This document shows, piece after piece, positions 28,455 to 37,741 of a DNA stretch of 64,000 nt (its first letter is position 1; each line of letters starts with the position of its first letter). The DNA is from Alphaproteobacteria bacterium (GTDB lineage: Bacteria > Pseudomonadota > Alphaproteobacteria > CAAHEQ01 > UBA3637). The notes under the pieces are model-generated. The model ran no database searches and was not told where the DNA came from. It saw only the letters and a program-made list of their open reading frames with translations. The DNA lies in NCBI GenBank assembly GCA_045660045.1, contig JAZRDB010000007.1, positions 5,180 through 69,179 on the forward strand, given 5' to 3'. A program made the position numbers and the translations under genes.

Positions 28455-29002
28455 CCAGAGGCAAAAAACTCTTTTCTCCAGTAACAGAGACAACCCAACC
28501 GACAATGGATCGTGCCAAAGAGACTTTATTTAATATGTTGGAATCTTGGCGTTTGAAAGAAGGTAAAGGTTGGGGGCAACTCAGTTTTTTGGATGTGTTT
28601 GCAGGATCTGGTTCTATCGGAATAGAGGCGTGGTCGCGGGGTGTAAAATGCCCCTATTTTATGGAAAATGATGCGGATGCTTTGAAAATTTTAAATCAAA
28701 ATCTTGCACTTGTAAAATTACCAAAAACGGTTGCTGTGGATGCTTTAAATCCACCACTGGCGCCGCGGGCGGTTAGTATTGCCTTTATGGACGCGCCTTA
28801 TGGTAAAGGATTATGGGCGGCAGCACTGCCAAAGCTTATTCAAGCAGGATGGATTGACAAAGAAACATTAATTATAGTAGAAACAGATAAAAACGCCCCC
28901 GAAATTGTGCCGGATGGTTTCTATGAAATAAAAGAGCGAGCAGCTGGTAGAAATTTATTTTTATTTATAAAACAAGGAGATAAAGATGAGACAGAACTTT
29001 AA
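28433..29002 (+). CDS. rsmD: 16S rRNA (guanine966-N2)-methyltransferase RsmD
   Basis: 189 aa containing MRIISGIARGKKL, LDVFAGSGSIGIEA and DAPY. Confidence 0.85.
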   Translation: MRIISGIARGKKLFSPVTETTQPTMDRAKETLFNMLESWRLKEGKGWGQLSFLDVFAGSGSIGIEAWSRGVKCPYFMENDADALKILNQNLALVKLPKTVAVDALNPPLAPRAVSIAFMDAPYGKGLWAAALPKLIQAGWIDKETLIIVETDKNAPEIVPDGFYEIKERAAGRNLFLFIKQGDKDETEL

Positions 29003-30956
29003 AAAAATGGCAACGGCGGCTCGTGTATTGGCGGCTGATATGGTTGAGCAAGCCAAATCTGGCCATCCAGGTGCGCCACTTGGTATGGCGGATATTGCTA
29101 CGGTTTTGTATGCTAAATTTCTGAAGTTTAATCCTGATTGTCCTCATTGGTTTAATCGAGACAGAATTGTATTTTCGAATGGGCACGCGTCAGCGTTGGT
29201 GTATGCGTTGTTGCATTTAACTGGTTACCCCAAAATGACGATGGATGAATTAAAACATTTTCGTCAGGCAGGTTCTTTAACACCAGGGCATCCAGAAACC
29301 ACAACAGATGGTGTAGATTTTACAACAGGACCGCTGGGACAAGGGATTGCAGGTGCGGTCGGAATGGCGCTTGCTGAAAGGATGATGAATACTGAATTCG
29401 GAAAAGATTTAGTGAATCATAAAACCTATTGTTTTGTGGGTGATGGGTGTTTAATGGAAGGTATTTCCGAAGAAGCAATTAGCTTGGCGGGTATATTAAA
29501 TCTGAAAAACCTTATTGTCCTTTGGGATGATAACACGGTAACAATTGATGGGCATACAGATATTTCCACAAAAACAAATATGAAAAAGCGTTTTGAGGCA
29601 AATGGGTGGCAAGTATTAAAATGTAATGGGCACAATTATAAATCCATTGAAAAAGCGCTTAAAAAAGCCCAAAAAGCGAAATATCCAACAATGATTGATT
29701 GTAAGACAACAATTGGTTTCGGGGCAGGTGAGTTAGCCAATACACCAAAGGTTCATGGAACACCATTGGGAGATATGATGTCAACATTTAAAGTAAACAT
29801 GAAATGGACTTTGCCGCCCTTTGAGATGTCAGAGGATATTTATAAAATGTGGCATATGTGTGCTGATAAAGGTAAATCAGCTCACGATAAATGGTTACAA
29901 TTAGCCAAAAAAAATCCAAATTTAATGGCACGGATTAAAGGTGAAGTACCAAAAGAATTAACAACCGCACTCAAAGAATTAAAAAAGCAATTTTTAAAAG
30001 AACAACCGAATTTAGCAACTCGTAAAGCAGGTCAAATAGTTTTGGAAAAAATGTTGGAAAATTGTCCTTGTTTAATTGGTGGTTCGGCCGATTTAGGAGC
30101 AAGTAACTTAACAAAAACAGAGGCCTCAAAACCTATTTCGGCTAAAAATTATAATGGTAACTATATTAACTTTGGCATTCGGGAGCATGCGATGGGTGCA
30201 ATGACAAACGGGATTGCGGTGCATGGTGGTTTTATTCCATATGCAAGTACATTCTTTGTGTTTTCAGATTATATGAGACCAGCGCTTCGAATGGCTGCTT
30301 TGATGAATTTAAAAGAGTTGTTTATTTTTACCCATGATTCCATCGGAGTAGGGGAAGATGGTCCAACGCATCAACCCGTGGAACATTTAGCGGCTTTAAG
30401 AGCTATTCCTAACATGCATGTGTTTCGACCGGCTGGTGCGGTGGAAACGTTGGAATGTTATGAAACAGCTATGCAATTGAACGGGCCTTCTTGTATTGTT
30501 TTGTCCCGCCAAAACTTACCAACAGTGCGACGTGATATGAGTGAAAACCTAGTTTCGAAAGGTGCTTACGTTGTTCGTTCTCCATTAAAGAAAAGACAAC
30601 TTACTTTTGTGGCAAGCGGATCGGAAGCCAGCTTGGCAATTCAGGCTTTTGGTATCTTAGCGGAAGAAGGAATTGATGTGGCGGTTGTTTCTGTGCCATG
30701 TTTAGATTTATTCATGCAGCAACCAGAAAAAGATCGTGAAAAGATTTTAGGTTCAGCGCCGCGATTGTTTATCGAGGCGGGTAGCCGTATGTCTTGGTAT
30801 CCATTCAAGCGGGAACAAGATGAGATTTTGGGAATGGACACCTTTGGACAAAGCGCTCCGGCAAAAGACAATTTTGTTCACTTTGGATTTACCAAAGAAA
30901 ATGTTGTAAAAATTGCCAGACGGATGATAAAACCTCTTGACAGAACAGGACAATAG
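28986..30956 (+). CDS. tkt: Transketolase
   Basis: 656 aa containing AKSGHPGAPLGMADIA and GDGCLMEG. AAGGAG SD. Confidence 0.95.
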   Translation: MRQNFKKMATAARVLAADMVEQAKSGHPGAPLGMADIATVLYAKFLKFNPDCPHWFNRDRIVFSNGHASALVYALLHLTGYPKMTMDELKHFRQAGSLTPGHPETTTDGVDFTTGPLGQGIAGAVGMALAERMMNTEFGKDLVNHKTYCFVGDGCLMEGISEEAISLAGILNLKNLIVLWDDNTVTIDGHTDISTKTNMKKRFEANGWQVLKCNGHNYKSIEKALKKAQKAKYPTMIDCKTTIGFGAGELANTPKVHGTPLGDMMSTFKVNMKWTLPPFEMSEDIYKMWHMCADKGKSAHDKWLQLAKKNPNLMARIKGEVPKELTTALKELKKQFLKEQPNLATRKAGQIVLEKMLENCPCLIGGSADLGASNLTKTEASKPISAKNYNGNYINFGIREHAMGAMTNGIAVHGGFIPYASTFFVFSDYMRPALRMAALMNLKELFIFTHDSIGVGEDGPTHQPVEHLAALRAIPNMHVFRPAGAVETLECYETAMQLNGPSCIVLSRQNLPTVRRDMSENLVSKGAYVVRSPLKKRQLTFVASGSEASLAIQAFGILAEEGIDVAVVSVPCLDLFMQQPEKDREKILGSAPRLFIEAGSRMSWYPFKREQDEILGMDTFGQSAPAKDNFVHFGFTKENVVKIARRMIKPLDRTGQ

Positions 30957-31022
30957 AGTATATTGGCCATATGGAACGTAGAAATGTTTCATGAATAACA
31001 AGCGAAAATAAAAGGAGAAAAA

Positions 31023-31796
31023 ATGAAAAAAATATTCTTAATGGCATGTGCTGCGGCGATGATTATTGCCGCGGGTAGTGTGTGCGCGGCTCAACAAAAG
31101 GCATTAAAAGGATCACAGGCTTCTGAGCAAGCTACAGCCATGACGACAAAGGCATCCACTCAAAAGGCTGTCGCGGTAAAGGAAACCGCACAAGAGGAAG
31201 AAGATCAAATAGTTGTAGCGGTAAAGAAAACCGCACAAAAGGAAGCAGATCAAATAGTTGTAGCGGGAAAAGCGTCTTGTAAAGTTGGTTCCCATGAAAG
31301 CCATCAATGGATCAAAGCTCGCAACAAAAATTGTACAAAGTGTGGAACACAAAAAGATTCCAAAGGCAAAAAAGTGTTTTATTGCTATTGTGACTGTGCC
31401 AAAGCTGAACCACAAGATACAAAATGTCCAAAGGGGACAGAGTTTGATAAGAAAACGCAGAAATGTGTTTCAAAAAAATGCGCAAAGAACCAATATATTG
31501 CAGGAACAAAGTGTGTGGATTGCCCAGCCAACGCAACGTGTGATGGGAAAACAGCAAAGTGCAATGCTGGATATCAGGATGTAGCTAAAAATATCCATGA
31601 AGCAGTTTGTAAAAAAACGGGTCTAGTATGCAAGAAAAACCAATATATTGCAGGAGCGAAGTGTGTGGATTGTCCAGCCAACGCAACGTGTGACGGTGCG
31701 AAAGCAACATGCAAAAAAGGTTTAGTTGCTTCAGTAAAGAATGGAAAAGTCAGTTGTGCAAGGTCGCAGGCTAATGTAAACACCATTAAGAAGTAA
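31023..31796 (+). CDS. Secreted cysteine-rich repeat protein (257 aa, Sec signal)
   Basis: Signal peptide MKKIFLMACAAAMIIAAGSVCAAQQ, then a Q/E/K-rich region with 15-aa tandem repeats. The final ~170 aa hold about 20 Cys, including two copies of KKNQYIAG.KCVDCPANATCDG..A.C. Confidence 0.8.
   Translation: MKKIFLMACAAAMIIAAGSVCAAQQKALKGSQASEQATAMTTKASTQKAVAVKETAQEEEDQIVVAVKKTAQKEADQIVVAGKASCKVGSHESHQWIKARNKNCTKCGTQKDSKGKKVFYCYCDCAKAEPQDTKCPKGTEFDKKTQKCVSKKCAKNQYIAGTKCVDCPANATCDGKTAKCNAGYQDVAKNIHEAVCKKTGLVCKKNQYIAGAKCVDCPANATCDGAKATCKKGLVASVKNGKVSCARSQANVNTIKK
31170..31271 (+). repeat. 45-nt in-frame tandem repeat, about 2.3 copies
   Basis: Encodes VAVKETAQEEEDQIV / VAVKKTAQKEADQIV / VAGK... 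A separate duplication of about 85 nt occurs at ~31485-31570 and ~31632-31715. Confidence 0.85.
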
Positions 31797-31912
31797 GACA
31801 AAAACAGTGGTAATTGTGGAACTGCAAATATCCACATGGGTCGATGTAAAAAAATAAAAAGATCCACAAACATTATTACTGTACGTGCGATTGCTAAACA
31901 ACTAAGCCAAAA

Positions 31913-31944
31913 ATCTCCCGCCTTAAATGGTGGGGGATTTTTTG
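31913..31944 (+). terminator. Intrinsic terminator
   Basis: ATCTCCCGCC-TTAAAT-GGTGGGGGAT hairpin (two G-U pairs) followed by T6. Confidence 0.65.
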
Positions 31945-31966
31945 TTGTTAAAAACGGAAAATATCC

Positions 31967-31995
31967 TTGATTTTTATCTTTTCTTTTTATAGAAT
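31967..31995 (+). promoter_or_regulatory. sigma70-type promoter of fba-rpe-phoB
   Basis: TTGATT, 17-nt spacer, TAGAAT. Confidence 0.5.
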
Positions 31996-32030
31996 AAAAG
32001 CACCATTAAAAATAAAGGAAAGGATGAAAA

Positions 32031-33095
32031 ATGGCATTAGTTTCTTTAAGACAATTATTAGATGACGCAGCGGAACATTCCTATGGGATCCCTGCATTTA
32101 ACGTAAACAACATGGAACAAGTCTTGGCTATTTTGGCGGCCGCCAACGAAGTCAATGCTCCTGTGATTATTCAAATGAGTAAAGGTGCTCGTCAATACGC
32201 CAATGACGCCGTGTTGAAGCACTTGATGATGGCGGGTGTGGAAATGTATCCGCATTTACCAATTTGTGTGCACCAAGACCATGGTTCAAGCCCTGATGTA
32301 TGCTATTCCGCTATGGCTTCCGGTTTTACATCCGTGATGATGGATGGTTCTTTGGATCCAGAAGGCAAGCCGGCGACATATGAATACAATGCTCAGGTGA
32401 CCGGCGAAGTTTCCCAAAAAGCACATGCAAACGGTGTGTCCGTTGAGGGTGAATTGGGTTGCATCGGTTCTTTGGAATCTGGCAAAGGCGAAAAGGAAGA
32501 TGGTCACGGATTTGAAGGCTCCATTGATAAATCCAAATTACTCACAGATCCAGATCAAGCTGTGGATTTTGTGCGTCAAACAAAGGTGGACGCTTTGGCG
32601 GTTGCCATTGGAACAAGCCATGGTGCTTATAAATTTACACGCAAGCCAGATGGCGCGATTTTGTCCATTGACACAGTGAAGAAAATTCATGAAAAATTGC
32701 CATACACCCATTTGGTGATGCATGGTTCTTCCTCTGTGCCACAAGATTTGCAAGACATTATTAACGCTCACGGTGGACAAATGCCACAAACCTATGGTGT
32801 GCCTGTGGAAGAAATTCAAGAAGCCATTAAACACGGTGTGCGTAAAGTCAATGTGGACACAGACTTGCGTATGGCGATGACGGGGGCAATTCGGACAGTG
32901 TTTACAGAAAAACCAGCCGAATTTGATCCACGTAAATATTTAAAGCCAGCCATGGCAGCTATGTCCAAAGTGTGTAAAGAACGCTATGAACAATTTGGTG
33001 CCGCAGGGCAGGCCGCTCATATCACGCCAATTTCATTGGAAGATATGGCGAAACGCTATGCCTCTGGCGAGTTAGATCCAAAGATTGTGGGGTAA
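32031..33095 (+). CDS. fba: Fructose-bisphosphate aldolase, class II
   Basis: 354 aa containing GIPAFNVNNMEQ, HQDHG and GTSHGAYKF. Confidence 0.95.
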   Translation: MALVSLRQLLDDAAEHSYGIPAFNVNNMEQVLAILAAANEVNAPVIIQMSKGARQYANDAVLKHLMMAGVEMYPHLPICVHQDHGSSPDVCYSAMASGFTSVMMDGSLDPEGKPATYEYNAQVTGEVSQKAHANGVSVEGELGCIGSLESGKGEKEDGHGFEGSIDKSKLLTDPDQAVDFVRQTKVDALAVAIGTSHGAYKFTRKPDGAILSIDTVKKIHEKLPYTHLVMHGSSSVPQDLQDIINAHGGQMPQTYGVPVEEIQEAIKHGVRKVNVDTDLRMAMTGAIRTVFTEKPAEFDPRKYLKPAMAAMSKVCKERYEQFGAAGQAAHITPISLEDMAKRYASGELDPKIVG

Positions 33096-33096
33096 G

Positions 33097-33741
33097 ATGG
33101 TCCAAGTTGCCGCCAGCATTTTATCGGCAGATTTTGCCAAACTGGGAGCCGAGGTGAAAGTCTTGGACAAGGCTGGTAGCGATTGGATTCATATAGATGT
33201 AATGGACGGATGTTTTGTGCCGAATTTAACCATGGGTCCCATGGTGGTGCAAAGCATTCGCCCATATACAAAAAAGCCATTGGATGTGCATTTGATGGTA
33301 AAAAGGCCATCCGTTTTGATTCCAGCTTTTGCGCAAGCCGGAGCGGATTTAATTACTGTACATTTGGAATGTGGTGAAAAGATGGAGAACTTGATTTCTC
33401 TTATCAAGAAATTTCATAAAAAAGTGGGCATTTCTATTAAACCAAAAACAAAAGTAGCGGATATAATTCCGTATTTACCAATGATTGATTTGGTGTTGGT
33501 GATGAGTGTTGAACCTGGTTTTGGCGGACAAGCATTTATTCCAACCGCGCTCAAAAAAATGGCCGAATTACGTGCATTAATCGGACACAAAAAAGTGTTG
33601 ATAGAGGTGGATGGTGGTGTCAATGATATCACAGCGCCAGCCTGCCGTTTAGCGGGCGCTGATGTATTGGTGGCTGGCAATTATATTTTAAAAAACAAGT
33701 CTAAAGCAGGAGCTATCAAAAAACTGAAAGGAAAGTCATGA
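33097..33741 (+). CDS. rpe: Ribulose-phosphate 3-epimerase
   Basis: Start refined to ATG 33097, 1 nt after the fba stop. Contains SILSADFAKLG, HIDVMDG.FVPNLT and VMSVEPGFGGQ. Confidence 0.95.
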   Translation: MVQVAASILSADFAKLGAEVKVLDKAGSDWIHIDVMDGCFVPNLTMGPMVVQSIRPYTKKPLDVHLMVKRPSVLIPAFAQAGADLITVHLECGEKMENLISLIKKFHKKVGISIKPKTKVADIIPYLPMIDLVLVMSVEPGFGGQAFIPTALKKMAELRALIGHKKVLIEVDGGVNDITAPACRLAGADVLVAGNYILKNKSKAGAIKKLKGKS

Positions 33742-34415
33742 CAAAAATACTGATCGTAGAAGATGAAGCAGGATTGGTGACTCTCCTGAAATACAATTTG
33801 GAAAAACATGGCTATGAAACCGCCGAAGTCATGGATGGCAAGCTGGTGATGCAGGCTGTTTTAACCGAAAAACCAGATTTAATTTTAATGGATTGGATGT
33901 TGCCCAATGTTTCTGGTGTGGATTTGTGTCGTGAAGTTCGTCAACATCCAGATGTGAAATTAACGCCGATTATTATGGTAACGGCACGTGCCGAAGAAGC
34001 CGATAAAGTGCGGGGGCTTTCTTATGGTGCGGATGATTATATGACTAAACCATTTTCCGTCCCAGAGTTAATTGCGCGGATCCAGGCGCTTTTGCGACGT
34101 GTTGTGGTTAAACCCAATACAAAGATTTTAAAAGCAGGCGTGCTTTCTTTGGATTTTGATAAAAAAATGGTTTTAAAAGAAGGGGAGGCCATGCATATGG
34201 GACCAACGGAGTTCCGTTTGCTGGCAATTTTAATGGAGCAACCTGGCCATGTGTTTTCACGGGAAGAGCTGCTGAAGTTGGTATGGGGAGATAGTGTCTT
34301 TGTTGAACCCAGAACGGTGGATGTTCATATTCGCCGGCTTCGGCGCAATCTGAAAGACGATGATTCCGAGCTTATTCGGACGGTACGTTCTTCTGGCTAT
34401 GCAGTAAAGGTATAA
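33738..34415 (+). CDS. phoB: Phosphate regulon response regulator PhoB (OmpR family)
   Basis: 225 aa. Close by eye to E. coli PhoB: ILIVEDE, LILMDWMLP..SG, MVTAR.EE.DKVRGL..GADDYMTKPFS. Confidence 0.85.
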   Translation: MTKILIVEDEAGLVTLLKYNLEKHGYETAEVMDGKLVMQAVLTEKPDLILMDWMLPNVSGVDLCREVRQHPDVKLTPIIMVTARAEEADKVRGLSYGADDYMTKPFSVPELIARIQALLRRVVVKPNTKILKAGVLSLDFDKKMVLKEGEAMHMGPTEFRLLAILMEQPGHVFSREELLKLVWGDSVFVEPRTVDVHIRRLRRNLKDDDSELIRTVRSSGYAVKV

Positions 34416-34416
34416 A

Positions 34417-35544
34417 ATGTTACATACAACAATCAATTCTGCTGAGAAAAGATATAAAAAATCCAAAGATGTAAAGAAAAATATTGTTTTAAGTTTTCGT
34501 ACATGTGAAAATGGTTGTCCAAAGGAATCCTATTTTTTGAATTTAAAAGGAGTGCAAGAAAAGCCCTCAAAACGGCGGAACAGATATGTTGTTAAACAAT
34601 TTGCGAAAATGGGCAAATTGGATGAGATTTTATCTCCCGAGACATTGAAACAAGCAACGGAAGAAGGTGTTTTGCCGCCCCCGTATGTGGTAGATTATAA
34701 AGTGCCGTTAGATTTGGGCGGTTCAAGCAATGTGAGCAATATGTATGTTGTGGATAGAAATGTGGCGGAATTGATGGATGTCCTTTATTGGCGTCAGATT
34801 CGTCTGGAAGTGAATGCGGCTTGTCACGATCGTGATCAAAAACACCAAAAGCCACCAAGAATTATAGTTTCTTTTGCACAATTGCCGCGACTTTTTACTC
34901 AAGAAAAATTTTTAGAGTATATTTTGCCGCATGAACGTAAGGGGTTGCAAAAATACTTGAATCAGAAAGCGACACAAGAAGCGATAAAAAATGAAAAAGT
35001 TTCTGTGCAGGTTTTGCCAGACGGAAGCGAACTATGGCGTCTTTTAGCGCAAGAAATGTTGCCAAGCGGTTTAAGACGAGCCATTATAAAGGTTGCGCCT
35101 CGTTTGTGGGTGGAACGCAATCGGTTGCGTGGAGAATATATCAAAATGCGCCCTAAAATTGTTTTGGCGTCATTGCGGCGGGGTGATTTTAAAGATTTGC
35201 CCATTGCAACACAGCGTCAAATTCGAACGAGGGAGCGTGTGCCTGGTTATGTTGGTCGAACCTGTCACCACATTTTGCCATTAGCATTGGGTGGTGAAAA
35301 TGAAATGACAAATATCTGTTGGTTGAATGAGCGCGTTCATACATTGCTTCATCAAAAGTTCATTTCGCCGTATGAAACCCATATGCATGGAATGGTTGAT
35401 GTGCCACAAAATTTGTTTTTTGAAATACCAATTCCTTCGGATGCAAAAATTCAAACATATACCATATCACGCCATGGTGCAGTTGTTCTAAACAAGCTTC
35501 CTGCAACAGAAAAGAAAGCTTCAAAACCACAGAATACCCATTGA
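34417..35544 (+). CDS. Hypothetical HNH-motif protein with a second, degenerate HNH-like segment
   Basis: 375 aa starting 1 nt after the phoB stop. The C-terminal CHHILPLALGGENEMTNICWLNERVHTLLH is an HNH motif. VVDYKVPLDLGGSSNVSNMYVV near residue 95 looks like an inactivated copy. Confidence 0.65.
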   Translation: MLHTTINSAEKRYKKSKDVKKNIVLSFRTCENGCPKESYFLNLKGVQEKPSKRRNRYVVKQFAKMGKLDEILSPETLKQATEEGVLPPPYVVDYKVPLDLGGSSNVSNMYVVDRNVAELMDVLYWRQIRLEVNAACHDRDQKHQKPPRIIVSFAQLPRLFTQEKFLEYILPHERKGLQKYLNQKATQEAIKNEKVSVQVLPDGSELWRLLAQEMLPSGLRRAIIKVAPRLWVERNRLRGEYIKMRPKIVLASLRRGDFKDLPIATQRQIRTRERVPGYVGRTCHHILPLALGGENEMTNICWLNERVHTLLHQKFISPYETHMHGMVDVPQNLFFEIPIPSDAKIQTYTISRHGAVVLNKLPATEKKASKPQNTH

Positions 35545-35569
35545 CTTTAAGGTCTATTTTTGCTATAAT
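35541..35569 (+). promoter_or_regulatory. sigma70 consensus-like promoter of thrS
   Basis: TTGACT, 17-nt spacer, TATAAT. The -35 box overlaps the stop codon of the HNH gene. Confidence 0.6.
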
Positions 35570-35624
35570 AAAGCCGTTGTCGGACAGGGGTTGTCCGGCT
35601 TAAATTTAACAAAAAGGAAATAAA

Positions 35625-37565
35625 ATGATAGAAATCAAGTTGCCCGATGGGTCAAAATTGCCCTTTGAAGCACCCGTGAACGGACTTCAAATCGCAGAAA
35701 AAATTAGTGTCAATTTAGCAAAAGCTGCCTTAGCCACAATCGTGGATGGTACACTCACTGATTTAATGACTCCTATCACAACAGATGCAACAGTTTCTAT
35801 CGTGACAACTAAAACCCCTGAGGCTTTAGAAATTTTGCGTCACTCCACAGCGCATGCCTTGGCTCAAGCCGTGGAAGCGTTGTATCCAAAAGCAAAGGCG
35901 ACCATTGGTCCGGCCATTGAAAATGGTTTTTACTATGATTTTCATGGGATTATTTTAAAGGAAGAAGATCTGCCAAAAATTGAAGCCAAAATGGCCGAAA
36001 TTGTGGCGGCAGATTTGCCAATTGTTCGTTCTGTTGTATCTCGCGCTGAAGCTCGTGAGATTTTTACAAAACGTGGCGAAAACTTTAAGGTGGAATTGAT
36101 TGACGATTTGCCCGAAAACGTCAAGGAAGTGTCTTTGTATACGCAAGGCGATTATGTTGAATTATGCCGGGGACCACACTTGCCGCGTACTGGTTTAATC
36201 GGAAAAGCATTTAAATTGACGAAAGTGGCCGCTGCTTACTGGCGAGGCGATTCTAATCGCGAATCTTTGCAACGCGTGTATGGCACCGCTTTTTGGTCCG
36301 ATAAAGAATTGAAAGCTTACTTCACTTTGCTGGAAGAAGCCGAAAAACGGGATCACCGCAAAATTGGTAAGGCATTGGATTTATTCTATTTTGATCCAAC
36401 CGCACCTGGTTGCCCTTATTGGTTGCCAAAGGGTCTTAAAATGTACAACATTTTGTTGGACTATTGGCGCAAAGAACACGAAAAGGCGGGCTATCAAGAA
36501 TTTGCTGGCCCATTGATGAACTCAAAAGTGTTATGGGAAACCTCGGGTCACTGGTCACACTATAAAGACGATATGTATCTGTTGACGGCGACAGAAATGG
36601 CCGAAAACGAGGTCTATGCGTTAAAACCAATGAGTTGTCCATCGACCATGTTGTTGTTTAATTTAAAAACACGTTCCTATCAAGATTTGCCTATCCGTTT
36701 TTCTGATGTGGATATGATTCATCGTAATGAAGCATCTGGCGCTTTGAATGGCATGTTCCGTGTGCGTGAGTTCCACCAAGATGATGCACACATCTTTATC
36801 ACGGAAGATCAAATTGAGGAAGAATATGAACGCCTGTTCGCATTGGCAGATAAATTCTATAACTTATTCGGTTTGAGATATGAAATGAAGCTTTCCACGC
36901 GTCCTGATGATTTTATTGGTGACATTGAAACATGGAATCGTGCCGAGGATGCATTACGTCGTATTTTGGACAAGCATTGTGGTAAGGGTAATTATGCTTT
37001 GAAAGAAAAAGATGGTGCCTTCTATGGTCCAAAAGTGGATATTGCCATGAAAGATGCTTTGGGACGCGAATGGCAAACAGGCACTTTCCAGTTGGATTTC
37101 CAATTGGCAGGCCGTTTTGGGTGTAAGTATGTTGATAAAGATGGCAGCCAAAAGACACCCGTGGTAATTCACCGCGTGTTGTATGGATCTTTGGAACGCT
37201 TTATGGGCATTTTGACGGAACACTTTGCGGGCGCTTTCCCTGTGTGGATTTGCCCTGTTCAGGTGCGTTTATTGCCAGTGTCCGATAAACACCGCGAAGC
37301 CGCGCAAAAGATTTTAGAAAAATTGGAAGCGGCGGGTATTCGTGCCGAGATGGAACGTCAATCCAACACAATCGGCTATCAAATCCGTGAAGCCCACAAT
37401 GCCAAGATTCCATACGCTGTAATCGTTGGAGACAAGGAAATTGAATCGGGTACAATCTCTGTGCGTGATCGTACTGGCGCCCAAAAGAACGCTATTTCGC
37501 TGGACGATTTTATTGCCACAGTGAAGAGGGTGAACGATATACGGTCATTGGAATTGTGGAAATAA
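35625..37565 (+). CDS. thrS: Threonyl-tRNA synthetase
   Basis: 646 aa with an N-terminal TGS domain, the editing motif HSTAHALA, and class II core motifs. Confidence 0.95.
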   Translation: MIEIKLPDGSKLPFEAPVNGLQIAEKISVNLAKAALATIVDGTLTDLMTPITTDATVSIVTTKTPEALEILRHSTAHALAQAVEALYPKAKATIGPAIENGFYYDFHGIILKEEDLPKIEAKMAEIVAADLPIVRSVVSRAEAREIFTKRGENFKVELIDDLPENVKEVSLYTQGDYVELCRGPHLPRTGLIGKAFKLTKVAAAYWRGDSNRESLQRVYGTAFWSDKELKAYFTLLEEAEKRDHRKIGKALDLFYFDPTAPGCPYWLPKGLKMYNILLDYWRKEHEKAGYQEFAGPLMNSKVLWETSGHWSHYKDDMYLLTATEMAENEVYALKPMSCPSTMLLFNLKTRSYQDLPIRFSDVDMIHRNEASGALNGMFRVREFHQDDAHIFITEDQIEEEYERLFALADKFYNLFGLRYEMKLSTRPDDFIGDIETWNRAEDALRRILDKHCGKGNYALKEKDGAFYGPKVDIAMKDALGREWQTGTFQLDFQLAGRFGCKYVDKDGSQKTPVVIHRVLYGSLERFMGILTEHFAGAFPVWICPVQVRLLPVSDKHREAAQKILEKLEAAGIRAEMERQSNTIGYQIREAHNAKIPYAVIVGDKEIESGTISVRDRTGAQKNAISLDDFIATVKRVNDIRSLELWK

Positions 37566-37568
37566 CTC

Positions 37569-37597
37569 TTGACTTTTGTTTAAAAAAAGGATATCAT
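37569..37597 (+). promoter_or_regulatory. Promoter of the leader peptide and leuA-like gene
   Basis: TTGACT, 17-nt spacer, TATCAT. The -10 box ends 7 nt before the leader ATG, so the leader ORF may be translated from a nearly leaderless mRNA. Confidence 0.5.
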
Positions 37598-37604
37598 CAC
37601 CCCC

Positions 37605-37676
37605 ATGTTTAACAGAATAGATAACATTATTTCCCTGATTGTGTTGTTGCGTGGGTCAAACCACCGAAGGGGCTGA
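37605..37676 (+). CDS. Attenuation leader peptide, 23 aa, rich in Ile/Leu/Val
   Basis: Hand translation gives MFNRIDNIISLIVLLRGSNHRRG*. Seven of the eight residues IISLIVLL are branched-chain. GTTGTTG within those codons can pair with CAACAAC at 37692-37698. A terminator follows. Confidence 0.6.
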   Translation: MFNRIDNIISLIVLLRGSNHRRG

Positions 37677-37704
37677 CGTTATCTAAGAAAACAACAACGT
37701 AAAG

Positions 37705-37730
37705 ACCACCCCTTCTGGGGTGGTTTTTTG
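37705..37730 (+). terminator. Attenuator terminator upstream of the leuA-like gene
   Basis: ACCACCCC-TTCT-GGGGTGGT hairpin followed by T6, ending 12 nt before ATG 37742. Confidence 0.7.
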
Positions 37731-37741
37731 ATAGGAAAAGT

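Noticed and set aside
35571-35601. thrS leader hairpin as a tRNA-Thr anticodon-arm mimic (the E. coli-type ThrRS operator).
   Set aside because: The 5-bp stem CGGAC/GTCCG has a 7-nt loop, AGGGGTT. That loop has no U at the position equivalent to 33, and it places GGG rather than a Thr anticodon (GGU/CGU/UGU) at positions 34-36.
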